In this document: positions 34,250 to 44,433 of the stretch, piece by piece
How the letters are laid out: every line of letters begins with the position of its first letter
Numbering within the stretch: position 1 is the first letter of the stretch
IMG/VR virus record: IMGVR_UViG_3300033068_001295
Reading direction: 5' to 3' (one strand)
Length of the DNA stretch: 64,000 nucleotides
Origin: an uncultured virus (IMG/VR IMGVR_UViG_3300033068_001295)
Lineage: Duplodnaviria > Heunggongvirae > Uroviricota > Caudoviricetes
Notes under the pieces: generated by a model
Told to the model about the DNA's origin: nothing
The model's input: only the letters and a program-made list of their open reading frames with translations
Database searches by the model: none
Position numbers and translations under genes: made by a program

Positions 34250-34980
34250 ATGAAAAACTAAATAGAGTTGGAGAAAAATTAATCACAAACCAAGGTTATG
34301 AAATAGAAATTATAAATTGTGTAAATAGTAAAGAAATCACCGTACAGTTTAGCGACTTACTAAAGACAATTGTATCGGGTGTTAGGTACAGTGACATAAA
34401 AGGGCTTAGAAACCCTAATCATCTTAGCCACTTTAATCTAGGTTTTTTAGGACAAGGCTGCTATAACACGAAAGAGTATCCTAAAGCATATATTAAATGG
34501 AGAGGTATGTTGGAAAGATGCTATTGTAAAAAGTACCACACTAAAAAACCCACTTACATAGGTTGTTCAGTAGCAGAAGAATGGCATAGTTTCCAAAACT
34601 TTGCGCAATGGTTTTATGAAAATAGTACAGAAAGCTTTGAATTAGATAAAGATATTCTCATAAAAGGAAATAGGGTTTATTCATCTAAGACTTGTTGTTT
34701 TGTTCCTGCTGAGATTAATGTGCTATTTACTAAAATTAGTAGGAGGGGTAATTATCCTGTTGGGGTTTCTTTACACAAAGAAGGTAAATTTCAGGCATCG
34801 ATGTCTGTGAGTAATAAACAAATATATCTTGGTTTATATACTACACCCGAAGAAGCCTTCGAGATTTATAAAGAAGCTAAAGAGGAGTACATTAAAAAAT
34901 TTGCAGACAAATGGGAGGGACAAATTACAGAAGATGTCTATAATGCGTTGTACAAATACAAAGTAGAAATTAATGACTAA
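34250..34980 (+). pseudogene. HNH-type homing endonuclease-like gene with a 1-nt frameshift just after ATG
   Basis: ATG AAAAA CTA AAT AGA GTT GGA vs paralog 46652 ATG AAA AAA TTA AAT AGA GTA GGA; frame open from 34258 through track ORF 34507..34980 (LDKDIL..GN..YS..TCCFVP..IN). Confidence 0.7.
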
Positions 34981-35004
34981 AGAGTCTTTATAGGCTCTTT
35001 TTTT
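34980..35004 (+). terminator. intrinsic terminator
   Basis: AAGAGTCT-TTAT-AGGCTCTT followed by a T-run. Confidence 0.7.
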
Positions 35005-35144
35005 ATAAATAAAATATTTTACTTTTTTCTTGTGTATGTTATTTTATTGTTGTATGTTTGCTGTGTAGAAAACTTCTGTTTTAGTTTTTTTGCGGGCGAA
35101 GTTTTTAAATAAAATACACAAAAAAATAACTTAATTTTTAAATT

Positions 35145-35651
35145 ATGAAAACGCCAATTATTTTTCTTGACCTTGACGGGGTATTAAACTACGAAACCTA
35201 TTGGGCTAAGTGTTTTAAAAATGGGTACTCAGAAGAGTGGCATAAAAGATATTTTTGTCCTTTAGCTGTAAAAAGGTTAAATAGGATTACAGATGAAACT
35301 AAAGCACGAATTGTTTTTAGCAGTTCTCACCGATTTCACTTTGAAACTTTTGCGGAATTAAAAGATGGTTTCAAATTAGCAGGTATTACAGGAGAATTAA
35401 TTGGCGTAACTCCTAAATTAATATACACAGATGATACTTATTCTGTTCCACGTGGTTGTGAAATTAAGGCATGGATGGAACGAAATAAAGGTATTCTAGG
35501 TGCAAAAATTAGTGAAGTTAACTATGTAATCTTAGATGATGATACAGATATGTTATATTGGCAACGTAAGTCTTTCTTTTGTACTAAGGGTAAAGGGGGT
35601 TTAACTGAAGCTATCACCAACAAAGTTATTAAGTTTTTAAGGAGAGAGTAA
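35145..35651 (+). CDS. HAD-superfamily protein (Swiss-Army-knife RNA-repair type)
   Basis: IFLDLDGVLN, IVFSSS, RGCEIKAW, YVILDDDTDM. Confidence 0.85.
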   Translation: MKTPIIFLDLDGVLNYETYWAKCFKNGYSEEWHKRYFCPLAVKRLNRITDETKARIVFSSSHRFHFETFAELKDGFKLAGITGELIGVTPKLIYTDDTYSVPRGCEIKAWMERNKGILGAKISEVNYVILDDDTDMLYWQRKSFFCTKGKGGLTEAITNKVIKFLRRE

Positions 35652-35718
35652 AATTTCTCCTTTTTTATTTTGTAGTGTTAAATATTATATGTATATTTGT
35701 CAAATAAAAATATGAATT

Positions 35719-36999
35719 ATGAAAGACGTACTTATAAACGCAGAATATTCCATTAAGCAAATCAATTCTTTAGAATTGTCAAACAAATTAAAAAGCTACT
35801 TGTCCTTTAAAAATATTGATTTTAAATTATTCAACAGAAATTTATATGGATATCGGAATGAAGAAAAAGAAATGAATATCCCTGTTGAAGCTTATGAGTA
35901 TCAAAATTTTGTAGTTTTGGAAACAGAGAACGGTGATTATATTCTTCTTGATGGTTTTAGAAGACTATTATGGAATACAACCGTTGCTTATAATATAAAT
36001 GTAAGAGTTTACAAGCGAAAAGATTTATCTAGCACACAAATTTTAAGACTTTTAGTCTCATTAAACCACACTAAATTCTTTGCAGGATTAGGAGAATTTT
36101 ATGATAGAGGTTTTGCATTGGCTTTAAAAACTATATTTAACATAGATATATCAAAATTTTACAAATCTTTTGATGGGTATTTAACAGGGGATAAAGCAAA
36201 ATACGATTACTCAAACAGCAAATCAACAGGAGATGAAGCACATAACAAAGTAATTAATAAGATAATAAGTGATAACTTTTTAGCCGACATGGAGTTTTTA
36301 GAAAAGTGCTCTTCTTCTGAAATGATTAAATCTGACTTAGTTTTTGGAACTTTCATCTACAAGCTAAGAGAAGAAAATCCAAACTTATCTTTTAATTTTG
36401 ATGACTTTATTTCTAAAATACAAGTTACTCCTATTTTAATAAAACAAATTACTTCGTTTTTGAAATCTGTTGATGCAAGAGGTCACGATGTAGGAAATAA
36501 GATGTTTGAAATGTTTACCAATATACTGTTGAACAAAGAGGGAGAGAAATCATTTATTGAAAAAGAGTCAGAGGCTAAAGATTTAATTACAAAACTTAAA
36601 AAAGATAAAAAGTGGTATTGCTATACAAAAAGTAAAAAGATTGCATCTTATGATTTTTGGCAAAATCCTACAAAAGATAATAAGGGGATAAATACTTTAG
36701 TTTCTGAATATAAAGAGCAACATGGGTTTTTTCCTAAAGTCAAAGTTGTTGTTCTTCCATCGGAGAGACCTTTGTTAGAGTATGGGGAATACGACGATTT
36801 TGAAATTATAGGATTCAAAAATGGAAGTCATCTTATGAGTACATGGTCTATTCTTCAAGTTAAAAGAGGAGATGTTATGGTAGGGAAAAATTATGGCAAT
36901 AGTAACAGAACCGATTTATCATATATTGAAGATGGTAGCTTTGGTTATACAAGACTTTCTAATAATGTTTATTTATTTATTGAAAATATATTTAATTAG
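35719..36999 (+). CDS. protein with ParB/Srx-like N-terminal motif
   Basis: YILLDGFRRL. Confidence 0.45.
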   Translation: MKDVLINAEYSIKQINSLELSNKLKSYLSFKNIDFKLFNRNLYGYRNEEKEMNIPVEAYEYQNFVVLETENGDYILLDGFRRLLWNTTVAYNINVRVYKRKDLSSTQILRLLVSLNHTKFFAGLGEFYDRGFALALKTIFNIDISKFYKSFDGYLTGDKAKYDYSNSKSTGDEAHNKVINKIISDNFLADMEFLEKCSSSEMIKSDLVFGTFIYKLREENPNLSFNFDDFISKIQVTPILIKQITSFLKSVDARGHDVGNKMFEMFTNILLNKEGEKSFIEKESEAKDLITKLKKDKKWYCYTKSKKIASYDFWQNPTKDNKGINTLVSEYKEQHGFFPKVKVVVLPSERPLLEYGEYDDFEIIGFKNGSHLMSTWSILQVKRGDVMVGKNYGNSNRTDLSYIEDGSFGYTRLSNNVYLFIENIFN

Positions 37000-37514
37000 C
37001 TATGCAAATACTACTATTTACAAAAGGAAATTCAACTATTTATATCGCGCCAAAAAGTGAAAAACATAAACAGCAACTAATTTACAGATACGTAAAACTA
37101 AGAAAATATACACAACTACCTTATGTCGAACCTACGGCATAAGAAAAAACACCTTTTTAATTATGATAAAAATGTTATTACTTGTATTACTAGGTTTGTT
37201 TTTAGAAAGCAAGTATAAACCTAGACCTGATTGGATTAAAGACTCTAAAATGCTTATATTGCATTATAATGATGGTAAGAATGGTAGAAAATATAAAGTT
37301 ATTTTTAGATTATGATTCTTCCTATTTTTATTCCGCGACCCTATGAGTCAGATAACGGTATTTTGCTATACGAGGTTTGGGATAAAAAAGCCTAAATATT
37401 CGAGTTAGCCAAATAATAACCGACACAGACTGAACTTTAAATTGATAACCAAAGCCCAAATCTTGTATAGCAAATGTTAGCGGATGTACGGGTTAATTAA
37501 AAACGAAAATGTGA

Positions 37515-38249
37515 ATGAAATATATGGGAAGCAAAGCAAGATTTACCAAAGATATTTTGCCAATAATATTAGAAAACAGATTGCCAAATCAATATTTTGT
37601 TGATTTATTTACAGGCGGTGCAAATGTGGTTTCATTGGTTGATGGAAACCGAATTGCCAATGACAAAAATAAACACCTTATTGAAATGTTTAAAGGCTTA
37701 CAAAACGGAAATCATAGACCGTTTGAAATCTCAAAAGAACTTTATGACAAAGCAAGAACTGAATATAATAACGGCACAAACATTGAATTTGATGATTTTA
37801 TGATTGGGTGGATTGGATGGATGGGTTCTGCAAATGGAAGATTTTTTGATGGTGGATATTCTGGAACATCTAATACTAAAATCGGAACAGTTAGAAATTA
37901 TATAAAAGAAGCGATTAGTAATATTGAAAAGCAAAAACTAAACGGAATTAAATTTGTAAATCTTGATTATAAAGAAGTGGCAATTCCTAATAACAGTATT
38001 GTTTATTGTGACATTCCTTATGAAAATACAAAGCAATATTCAACATCAAAAGGATTTAATCATACTGAATTTTGGGATTATGCACGGAAATTATCTACTG
38101 AAGGACATTCAGTTTTTATTTCAGAATACAATGCTCCGAGTGATTTTAGATGTATTTGGCAAAAAGAAGCCAAATCTTCATTATCGGCAAATGGACAGAT
38201 TGGTGGGAACAAATGTTCTACTGAAAAACTATTCGAGTATATCCGCTAA
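37515..38249 (+). CDS. Dam-like (D12 class) N6-adenine DNA methyltransferase (cassette 1)
   Basis: MKYMGSK, DLFTGGA, YCDIPY, ISEY. Confidence 0.9.
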   Translation: MKYMGSKARFTKDILPIILENRLPNQYFVDLFTGGANVVSLVDGNRIANDKNKHLIEMFKGLQNGNHRPFEISKELYDKARTEYNNGTNIEFDDFMIGWIGWMGSANGRFFDGGYSGTSNTKIGTVRNYIKEAISNIEKQKLNGIKFVNLDYKEVAIPNNSIVYCDIPYENTKQYSTSKGFNHTEFWDYARKLSTEGHSVFISEYNAPSDFRCIWQKEAKSSLSANGQIGGNKCSTEKLFEYIR

Positions 38250-38318
38250 CGTTATCTCGCTTGCTCGTCGTTGTGGCGAATTAAAACAATATTAACAAAC
38301 AAACCTAAACTTTAAATT

Positions 38319-38993
38319 ATGCCCGAACTTTCAAAAAATACCGAGTGCCACAATGCGTGCAAACGAGTGTTAGCCCCAGTACGGGTTTTACACTTATACG
38401 CTGGACTTGGAGGAACTACGGATTTATTAGATGAAAATAAATTTGAAATAACTCACGTTGAATTAAATCCAAAAATTGCTAAAGTTCTACAAAAACGAAA
38501 ACCAAATCAAAAAGTAATAATTGCCGATGCGCATCAATTTCTTTTAGAAAATTATCAGGAGTATGATTTTATTATTTCAGGAATTCCTTGCCAAACACAT
38601 TCTAAAATGAACCGTGCAACCAGACACAATATGGTAAGGTTTATCGATGGAAAATTGATTGAAGAAATTGTTTTCTTAAAAACTTATTTTAAAGGAAAAT
38701 GGTTTGTTGAAAACGTAGTTCCATATTATGAGCCTTATGGAAATCCTACCAAATTAGGAAGGCATTTATTCTGGTCAAATTTTGATATTCCAGAAATGAT
38801 TGATTTGCCAAAATCGCCAAAAGGAATGATGAACCTTGCAACCGTTGGGCAGAAAAAACAAATGATGGATTGGCTTGGAATTCATTATGAAGAAAATATC
38901 TATTATGATGGAAATCATTGCCCAGTACAGATTTTACGAAACTGTGTACACCCAAAACTAGGACTACACGTCATTGAAAGCGCAAAATTCTAG
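38319..38993 (+). CDS. C5-cytosine DNA methyltransferase-like (cassette 2)
   Basis: LHLYAGLGG, GIPCQTHS, VENV, RNCV. Confidence 0.8.
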   Translation: MPELSKNTECHNACKRVLAPVRVLHLYAGLGGTTDLLDENKFEITHVELNPKIAKVLQKRKPNQKVIIADAHQFLLENYQEYDFIISGIPCQTHSKMNRATRHNMVRFIDGKLIEEIVFLKTYFKGKWFVENVVPYYEPYGNPTKLGRHLFWSNFDIPEMIDLPKSPKGMMNLATVGQKKQMMDWLGIHYEENIYYDGNHCPVQILRNCVHPKLGLHVIESAKF

Positions 38994-39112
38994 TATTGGG
39001 GCTAACGTTATCAGGCTTTGTGTCTGTTGCGTAAAAATAAACCAAAACATTAATTTAAACACTTAAAATTACAGATTATGACTAAACATTCAGAAAACAC
39101 CAAGCCAAGCCA

Positions 39113-39394
39113 TTGGACAAAACGGCTGTTAGCAGTAGTTATTCTATTGATTTATGCTTTGAAAATGTAGAACAAATGTTAATTGAAAATATTGCTGATT
39201 TGTTAGATGAAGAAGAAATTTTAATTCAAGAAGTAATGGCAGAATTAAAAGACCCAGAACCAAGAGAAAAAACAGAATTACATATTAGAATGGCAAAAGC
39301 AGCAATGAAAGAATATAAATCTACAATGTTGCAAAGTTCATTAAAAACTAATAATTTAGAGAATAACGGATTTTCTTTTAAAACAGGTGTGTAA
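39113..39394 (+). CDS. hypothetical protein (cassette 3)
   Basis: ORF filling the cassette; start uncertain. Confidence 0.55.
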   Translation: MDKTAVSSSYSIDLCFENVEQMLIENIADLLDEEEILIQEVMAELKDPEPREKTELHIRMAKAAMKEYKSTMLQSSLKTNNLENNGFSFKTGV

Positions 39395-39552
39395 TTACTG
39401 CTAACGGTTTGCAGATAGGCGATGTGGCACTTGTAGAATGTTGAAATTTAGCACAAATGTTTCTGTGCCATTTCTTATATACGCTGTTACCTGCTGGTGC
39501 GGTTTATTACTACAAAACTAAAATTGAAATACTAAACAAAAAATTATTAAAA

Positions 39553-40389
39553 ATGAGCGTAGGCAAAAAAGAAAAAATAAACGTATTATCATTGTTTGAT
39601 GGTATGAGTTGCGGACAAATTGCACTCAACAGAACAGGCATTTCCTATGGCAAATATTATGCCTCAGAGATTGATAAACACGCAATCAAAGTAACACAAC
39701 ACAATTACCCTGACACTATACAACTTGGAAGTATTACAGAAATTAAAGGCACGGATTTACCGCAAATTGATTTATTGATAGGCGGAAGCCCTTGCCAAGG
39801 ATTTTCATTTGCTGGAAAAGGGTTAAACTTTGACGACCCAAGAAGTAAATTGTTTTTTGAGTTTGTTAGAATATTAAAAGAAACTAAACCAAAATACTTC
39901 TTACTTGAAAACGTAAAGATGAAAAAGGAGTTTCAAGACATTATCAGCGAACAACTTGGAGTAAAGCCTATATTGATAAATTCAAGTTTGGTATCTGCCC
40001 AAAACCGTGAAAGATTGTATTGGACAAATATTCCACTAAACGGAATGCCAAAAGACAAAGGATTATTTTTAAAAGATATAATTGAAAAAGGAGCAGGTAA
40101 AAAACTATCTGAACAAACCGCAGAAAGACCAAGAACATTGAGGAATTACAGAAATGAAAATCAAAAAGCATTTTGTATGCTTGCAACTATGTGGAAAGGC
40201 TCACAAAGCAATGGAATGACAGTAATAGATGATAATGGATTAAGAAACATAACACCTTTAGAATGTGAAAGATTACAAACCGTTCCTGATAATTACACAA
40301 ATGTAGTTGCGGACACAAATAGATACACAATGCTTGGAAATGGGTGGAACGTTGATACAATCGCTCATATTTTCGGAGGACTGTCCTAG
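39553..40389 (+). CDS. dcm: C5-cytosine DNA methyltransferase (cassette 4)
   Basis: LSLFDGMSCG, GGSPCQGFS, LLENV, QNRERLYW, ERLQ, LGNGW. Confidence 0.92.
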   Translation: MSVGKKEKINVLSLFDGMSCGQIALNRTGISYGKYYASEIDKHAIKVTQHNYPDTIQLGSITEIKGTDLPQIDLLIGGSPCQGFSFAGKGLNFDDPRSKLFFEFVRILKETKPKYFLLENVKMKKEFQDIISEQLGVKPILINSSLVSAQNRERLYWTNIPLNGMPKDKGLFLKDIIEKGAGKKLSEQTAERPRTLRNYRNENQKAFCMLATMWKGSQSNGMTVIDDNGLRNITPLECERLQTVPDNYTNVVADTNRYTMLGNGWNVDTIAHIFGGLS

Positions 40390-40531
40390 CATTACGCCTA
40401 ACGGCTGCGTGTATGAAACGTTGCCTACACAAAAGTTAAAAAAATGAACAGAATTATAAATTTAGTATAAACTTAAAAAAAGACCGCGAAAGGCAATGTT
40501 TTATACACGTTGTTATGTGGCGTTAATTGTT

Positions 40532-40720
40532 ATGGAAATTATTCAAAACGATTTTTCAAAGGAATTATCCGAGTTACTTAAAAAGTACAAGAAAATAATA
40601 ACTGCTGATAAATCAGGTATTCATATCATTGATTGTGATAATATCGAAGCGGTTATAATTCAAAAAGCGACAGTTGCTTCTGAGGATTATAGAGATACTT
40701 TAATGTTTGTGGTTTCTTAA
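40532..40720 (+). CDS. hypothetical protein (cassette 5)
   Basis: ORF between cassette ends. Confidence 0.6.
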   Translation: MEIIQNDFSKELSELLKKYKKIITADKSGIHIIDCDNIEAVIIQKATVASEDYRDTLMFVVS

Positions 40721-40807
40721 TGCCACATAACGTCCGCAGGTATATTTCAGTTGCGGAATACGAAGCACTTAATTATCAAATTAGTAATAACTTAAATAGA
40801 AAGAAAA

Positions 40808-41047
40808 ATGTCGAATAAAACACAAAAACCGCAATTGAATATACCTGTTGTTATGCACTGGGTATCAGTTGTATATGAATTACCACCTAAAAACGAAATA
40901 GTTATAGGTTATTTCCCAAGAGGTGCAAAAAGAGGGCAAAAAGCAACTCCAAAAAGCATTACTCAAAAAGAAAGTAGTAAAACATTTACAGGTGTCGCAA
41001 AGGCAATGGCTGAACAATGGTCGGTCGTTCTCACAGCTTGCACCTAA
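40808..41047 (+). pseudogene. chimeric ORF: DUF551-like N-terminus + methyltransferase-like C-terminus (cassette 6)
   Basis: HWVSVVYELPP... joined to SKTFTGVAKAMAEQW; the cassette's two ends do not match each other. Confidence 0.6.
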
Positions 41048-41199
41048 CGTTCGAGTGCTTGGCGAAGAAGCGGATAAAGAAGCCAAAAGCTTCAATTAAG
41101 CACCAAACTAACAAATAAAAAACAAACTTTAAATTAATAACCGAACCAGCTTTTTTGCCAAACACTTGTTATGGTTAGTGCGGTTCATTAAAACAAAAC

Positions 41200-41679
41200 G
41201 TGATGAAACAATTAAATCAAATTATCAAAACATTAAGAGAAGAAACGGCTTTTTCATTTGCTGAAAAGAAATTAGAAATACTTAGAAGTCAAAAAGACTA
41301 TGAAGAAACAATGAAACAATGTTACAGCGGAAAAGATAATCCAACAATTGAAGAATGTGTTCAGAATGCTATTAGAACATTTGTTTCTGAATATCAAAAA
41401 ATGTGTGAGATTTATTCAGGATGGTTGAAAAATGGATGCGTTTTTATTTTAGATAAACGAGATAGATTTGTTCTTGCTTTATACAAGGTTGATGATATTG
41501 CACATACGGCAATTGCACATTATAACCCAATGAATGTTGATTGTATAGAACAATCAACATCTAATAAACATTTTTTTGAACAGTTAAATGCCCGTTTTGA
41601 TATTTCTACGGATGAAAATTTATTAATTGAAGAATGTGACGAATTAGTTAAAAATACCGTTGATAAGGTTATTTCGTAG
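41200..41679 (+). CDS. hypothetical protein (cassette 7)
   Basis: ORF between matched cassette ends. Confidence 0.7.
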   Translation: MMKQLNQIIKTLREETAFSFAEKKLEILRSQKDYEETMKQCYSGKDNPTIEECVQNAIRTFVSEYQKMCEIYSGWLKNGCVFILDKRDRFVLALYKVDDIAHTAIAHYNPMNVDCIEQSTSNKHFFEQLNARFDISTDENLLIEECDELVKNTVDKVIS

Positions 41680-41811
41680 CATTAACCATAACGGATTGCG
41701 GCTTTGTGTCTGTTTGCCCCTTGCACAAAGTTTCAATTTAACGACAAACTTAATGGGGCAAATAGCACAAAACCGCTGTTATGCGTAGTGGCGGTTTAAT
41801 AACGAGAAATT

Positions 41812-42330
41812 ATGAGTAGAAAAGGAATACCAACAAAACCAAACAAAACAGAAAAGGCAACCGCTGCTGATAGTGTATTCACAAAAAACACAACAGCCAA
41901 ATGGATTGTAGATTATTTCAAAGCACAAGGCTCAATATTAGAACCTGCTGCTGGTGAAAATGCTTTTTATAACCTATTTGATAACGAAGAAAAATACCGA
42001 TGCGAAATAACTGATGGGCTTGATTTTTTCGAGTGGGATAAAAAAGTGGATTGGATAATCACAAACCCACCTTACAGTATTTACGATTTGTTTCTTCAAA
42101 AAGCATTTTCTGTTGCTGATAACGTTGTGTTTTTTGTTCCGATTGCAAAGGCTTTCAAAAGTAATAAGATACAACAAATGGTAATTGATTACGGTGGATT
42201 GAAAGAGATAGTATATATGGGCGGTGGAAGTAAACATGGGTTTGCTTTTGGATTCCCTGTCGGTTGCCTACATTATCAAAAAGGTTTTGTTGGTGATTGT
42301 AAGATAACTTATGTAATGGACGGATGGTAG
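41812..42330 (+). CDS. amino (N6A/N4C) DNA methyltransferase (cassette 8)
   Basis: ILEPAAGENAF, DFF, IITNPPYS. Confidence 0.85.
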   Translation: MSRKGIPTKPNKTEKATAADSVFTKNTTAKWIVDYFKAQGSILEPAAGENAFYNLFDNEEKYRCEITDGLDFFEWDKKVDWIITNPPYSIYDLFLQKAFSVADNVVFFVPIAKAFKSNKIQQMVIDYGGLKEIVYMGGGSKHGFAFGFPVGCLHYQKGFVGDCKITYVMDGW

Positions 42331-42407
42331 CCATTACGCATAACGGTAAACGGCTTTGCGTAGTGCCGACTTAAAACTACGAATTATCAACTTAAAACAA
42401 ATTTAAA

Positions 42408-42662
42408 ATGAGTGCAAAAATTATCAGTGAAAAACTAACTAAGGCATTACGCAAAACCGATGTTAGCAGCAGTTTTATTCCTCCCGATAACGGTGATGTG
42501 CGTTGGCAAGCAGGTTCAGAAACATTTACAAGGGAAGAAGTAGCTTCTTTATTGTGGACACAAATTGCAATGATAAGTAACGACCTAAGAATCTGCTGCG
42601 GGAAGGACTTGACAAAAGATATGTATGAAGTTATTGATAACCCTCGAATACCAGAGTTCTAA
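42408..42662 (+). CDS. hypothetical protein (cassette 9), start codon inside the hairpin
   Basis: ORF reads through GTTA 42462. Confidence 0.6.
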   Translation: MSAKIISEKLTKALRKTDVSSSFIPPDNGDVRWQAGSETFTREEVASLLWTQIAMISNDLRICCGKDLTKDMYEVIDNPRIPEF

Positions 42663-42836
42663 AAATTGCTGCTAACGTTTTGTAGCTTGTTGCAGTGGCG
42701 TGCAAATAAGCGAGTAGTTTCGGTTTAAAAACTATAATAACAGAGAAGCCAAAACATTAAATTAAACAACAACAACCAGCCATTGCTACAAACTACTGTT
42801 ATAGGTAGTGGCGGGTAACTAAAACAAAGCGTAATT

Positions 42837-43058
42837 ATGAAAACAAAAAATAGTTTTCCAAGTTCTGAGTTTGAACACAAAGACAGATGTCCTTCTTGTG
42901 GGAGTTATTGTAATATACATATAGATTTAAACGAAAAAGACGAGTGTAATGATTGCAAACACTCTTGTAAAAATTGTGGAGATACGGAAGAAATTTCAGA
43001 AGAATATGATTTATGTTATAAATGTTGGAAGGAATTTTCTCCCGATGCAGATTGTTAG
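42837..43058 (+). CDS. Cys-rich zinc-finger-like protein (cassette 10)
   Basis: Multiple CxxC pairs. Confidence 0.6.
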   Translation: MKTKNSFPSSEFEHKDRCPSCGSYCNIHIDLNEKDECNDCKHSCKNCGDTEEISEEYDLCYKCWKEFSPDADC

Positions 43059-43224
43059 CCATAACCTATAACGTATTGGTGCTTTACGTCCGTTGTGGTT
43101 AAACAAGCCTAAACTTTCCTGTTATCACGAAATTAAACTGATGCAAAACAAACTTAATATTAAACCTAAACCCACAATGGCGTAAAACACTTGTTAGCCG
43201 TTCGGTTTTTAAACACAAATTAAA

Positions 43225-43446
43225 ATGAAAAATTTAGCAAACATTGAAGTATTTAACATCGAAATTACAGAAAAAGGAACATTTGCACACATTTCCTTTC
43301 AAGATTTAGACAACACAGACAACTTAAATAATGGTTACGATAATATTCGTGTGCCAATGAATTTAAGACCAATTCAATTATCTGTTAGAGATAATATGTT
43401 AGTTAATCAATCAGTTAAAAATTATGTAGATGTCGTTGGTTCTTAA
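43225..43446 (+). CDS. hypothetical protein (cassette 11)
   Basis: ORF between matched cassette ends. Confidence 0.65.
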   Translation: MKNLANIEVFNIEITEKGTFAHISFQDLDNTDNLNNGYDNIRVPMNLRPIQLSVRDNMLVNQSVKNYVDVVGS

Positions 43447-43608
43447 ACTGACGGCTAACGTCGGATGCTACACGATGGATGGGAAAAGCACAAACCCATA
43501 TATCGATTTAAGACAGATTAAACAGGTGCAAAAACCAACTTTAAATTTAACCTAAAACCAGCTATTGTGTAGCATATGTTACTGGCTGTGTTTTTAACAC
43601 TAAACGAA

Positions 43609-43938
43609 ATGAAAAAAGTATTAAGATTTTTATCAAGCAAAAAATGGATTTATGAATTAGCATTAAGCATAATAGCTAATAGAATTGTTCACTCACAAAA
43701 TTTATTAAGACCTGATTATTTAATTGCAAAAGGTTGGATTGAAGAAGATGGATTTTATTTTGAGCCAAACACAAAAGACAGAGATAAAATTTGGATTCAA
43801 TTTGAAAACCATTATTTCAGAGTATGGCACGGAAAAGAAAAAACATTCATTGGATTAGAAAGTAAAGTTGAATGGTTTGAAACTTATTTCTTAATGGCTC
43901 ATTCGGATAATGGTCGTTATGAAATGGCTGGCGTGTAA
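43609..43938 (+). CDS. hypothetical protein (cassette 12)
   Basis: ORF between matched cassette ends. Confidence 0.65.
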   Translation: MKKVLRFLSSKKWIYELALSIIANRIVHSQNLLRPDYLIAKGWIEEDGFYFEPNTKDRDKIWIQFENHYFRVWHGKEKTFIGLESKVEWFETYFLMAHSDNGRYEMAGV

Positions 43939-44054
43939 CATAGCCAGTAACGGTTTGCGTATATACGAGGTACGCCTTAACGAAATTTTAAATTATAAAC
44001 AAATGCTTGTAGGCGTATCTTGTATATACGCTGTTATAAGCTGTAAAAAATACG

Positions 44055-44252
44055 ATGATGGAAAACGAACAAATCAAAAAGGAATGTGAACAAATGTATG
44101 CACAAATTAAAAGTGCAGAAGAAAGACTAAAGGAATTGACAGCAATTTGCAAACACGAAAAAACTTTTGAAGGCAATTACTCTTGGCGAGTGGGAAACAT
44201 TCAACCAGCAGACATTTGTGAATACTGTGGCTCGTTGGTAAGGTATAAGTAG
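44055..44252 (+). CDS. hypothetical protein (cassette 13)
   Basis: ORF between matched cassette ends; CxH...CxxC. Confidence 0.65.
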   Translation: MMENEQIKKECEQMYAQIKSAEERLKELTAICKHEKTFEGNYSWRVGNIQPADICEYCGSLVRYK

Positions 44253-44433
44253 TATTTTTTATTGCTTATAACGTTTTCGGGCTTGGCGAAGTGCCGCACA
44301 GCAGAAACTTCGGATTTGAGCAGGAACTTTCTTGCGGCATTTTGGCAAACCGCTGTTATGCGTATGTGCCGACTTGTTTAGCAGGAATTTCATTTGGAAC
44401 ACGAATAGAAATTTTTAATTAAACCATAACGAA

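Noticed and set aside
37312..37356. Gene MILPIFIPRPYESDN interrupted by the main array
   Set aside because: It ends at the first TAAC as expected of an insertion, but I found no matching 3' half after the array or recombinase, so it is unsupported
39457..39552. Track N-terminal extensions of cassette ORFs (39457, 40496, 43576, 30387, 11864)
   Set aside because: They translate hairpin arms; better downstream ATGs exist, unlike at 38319, 40808 and 42408
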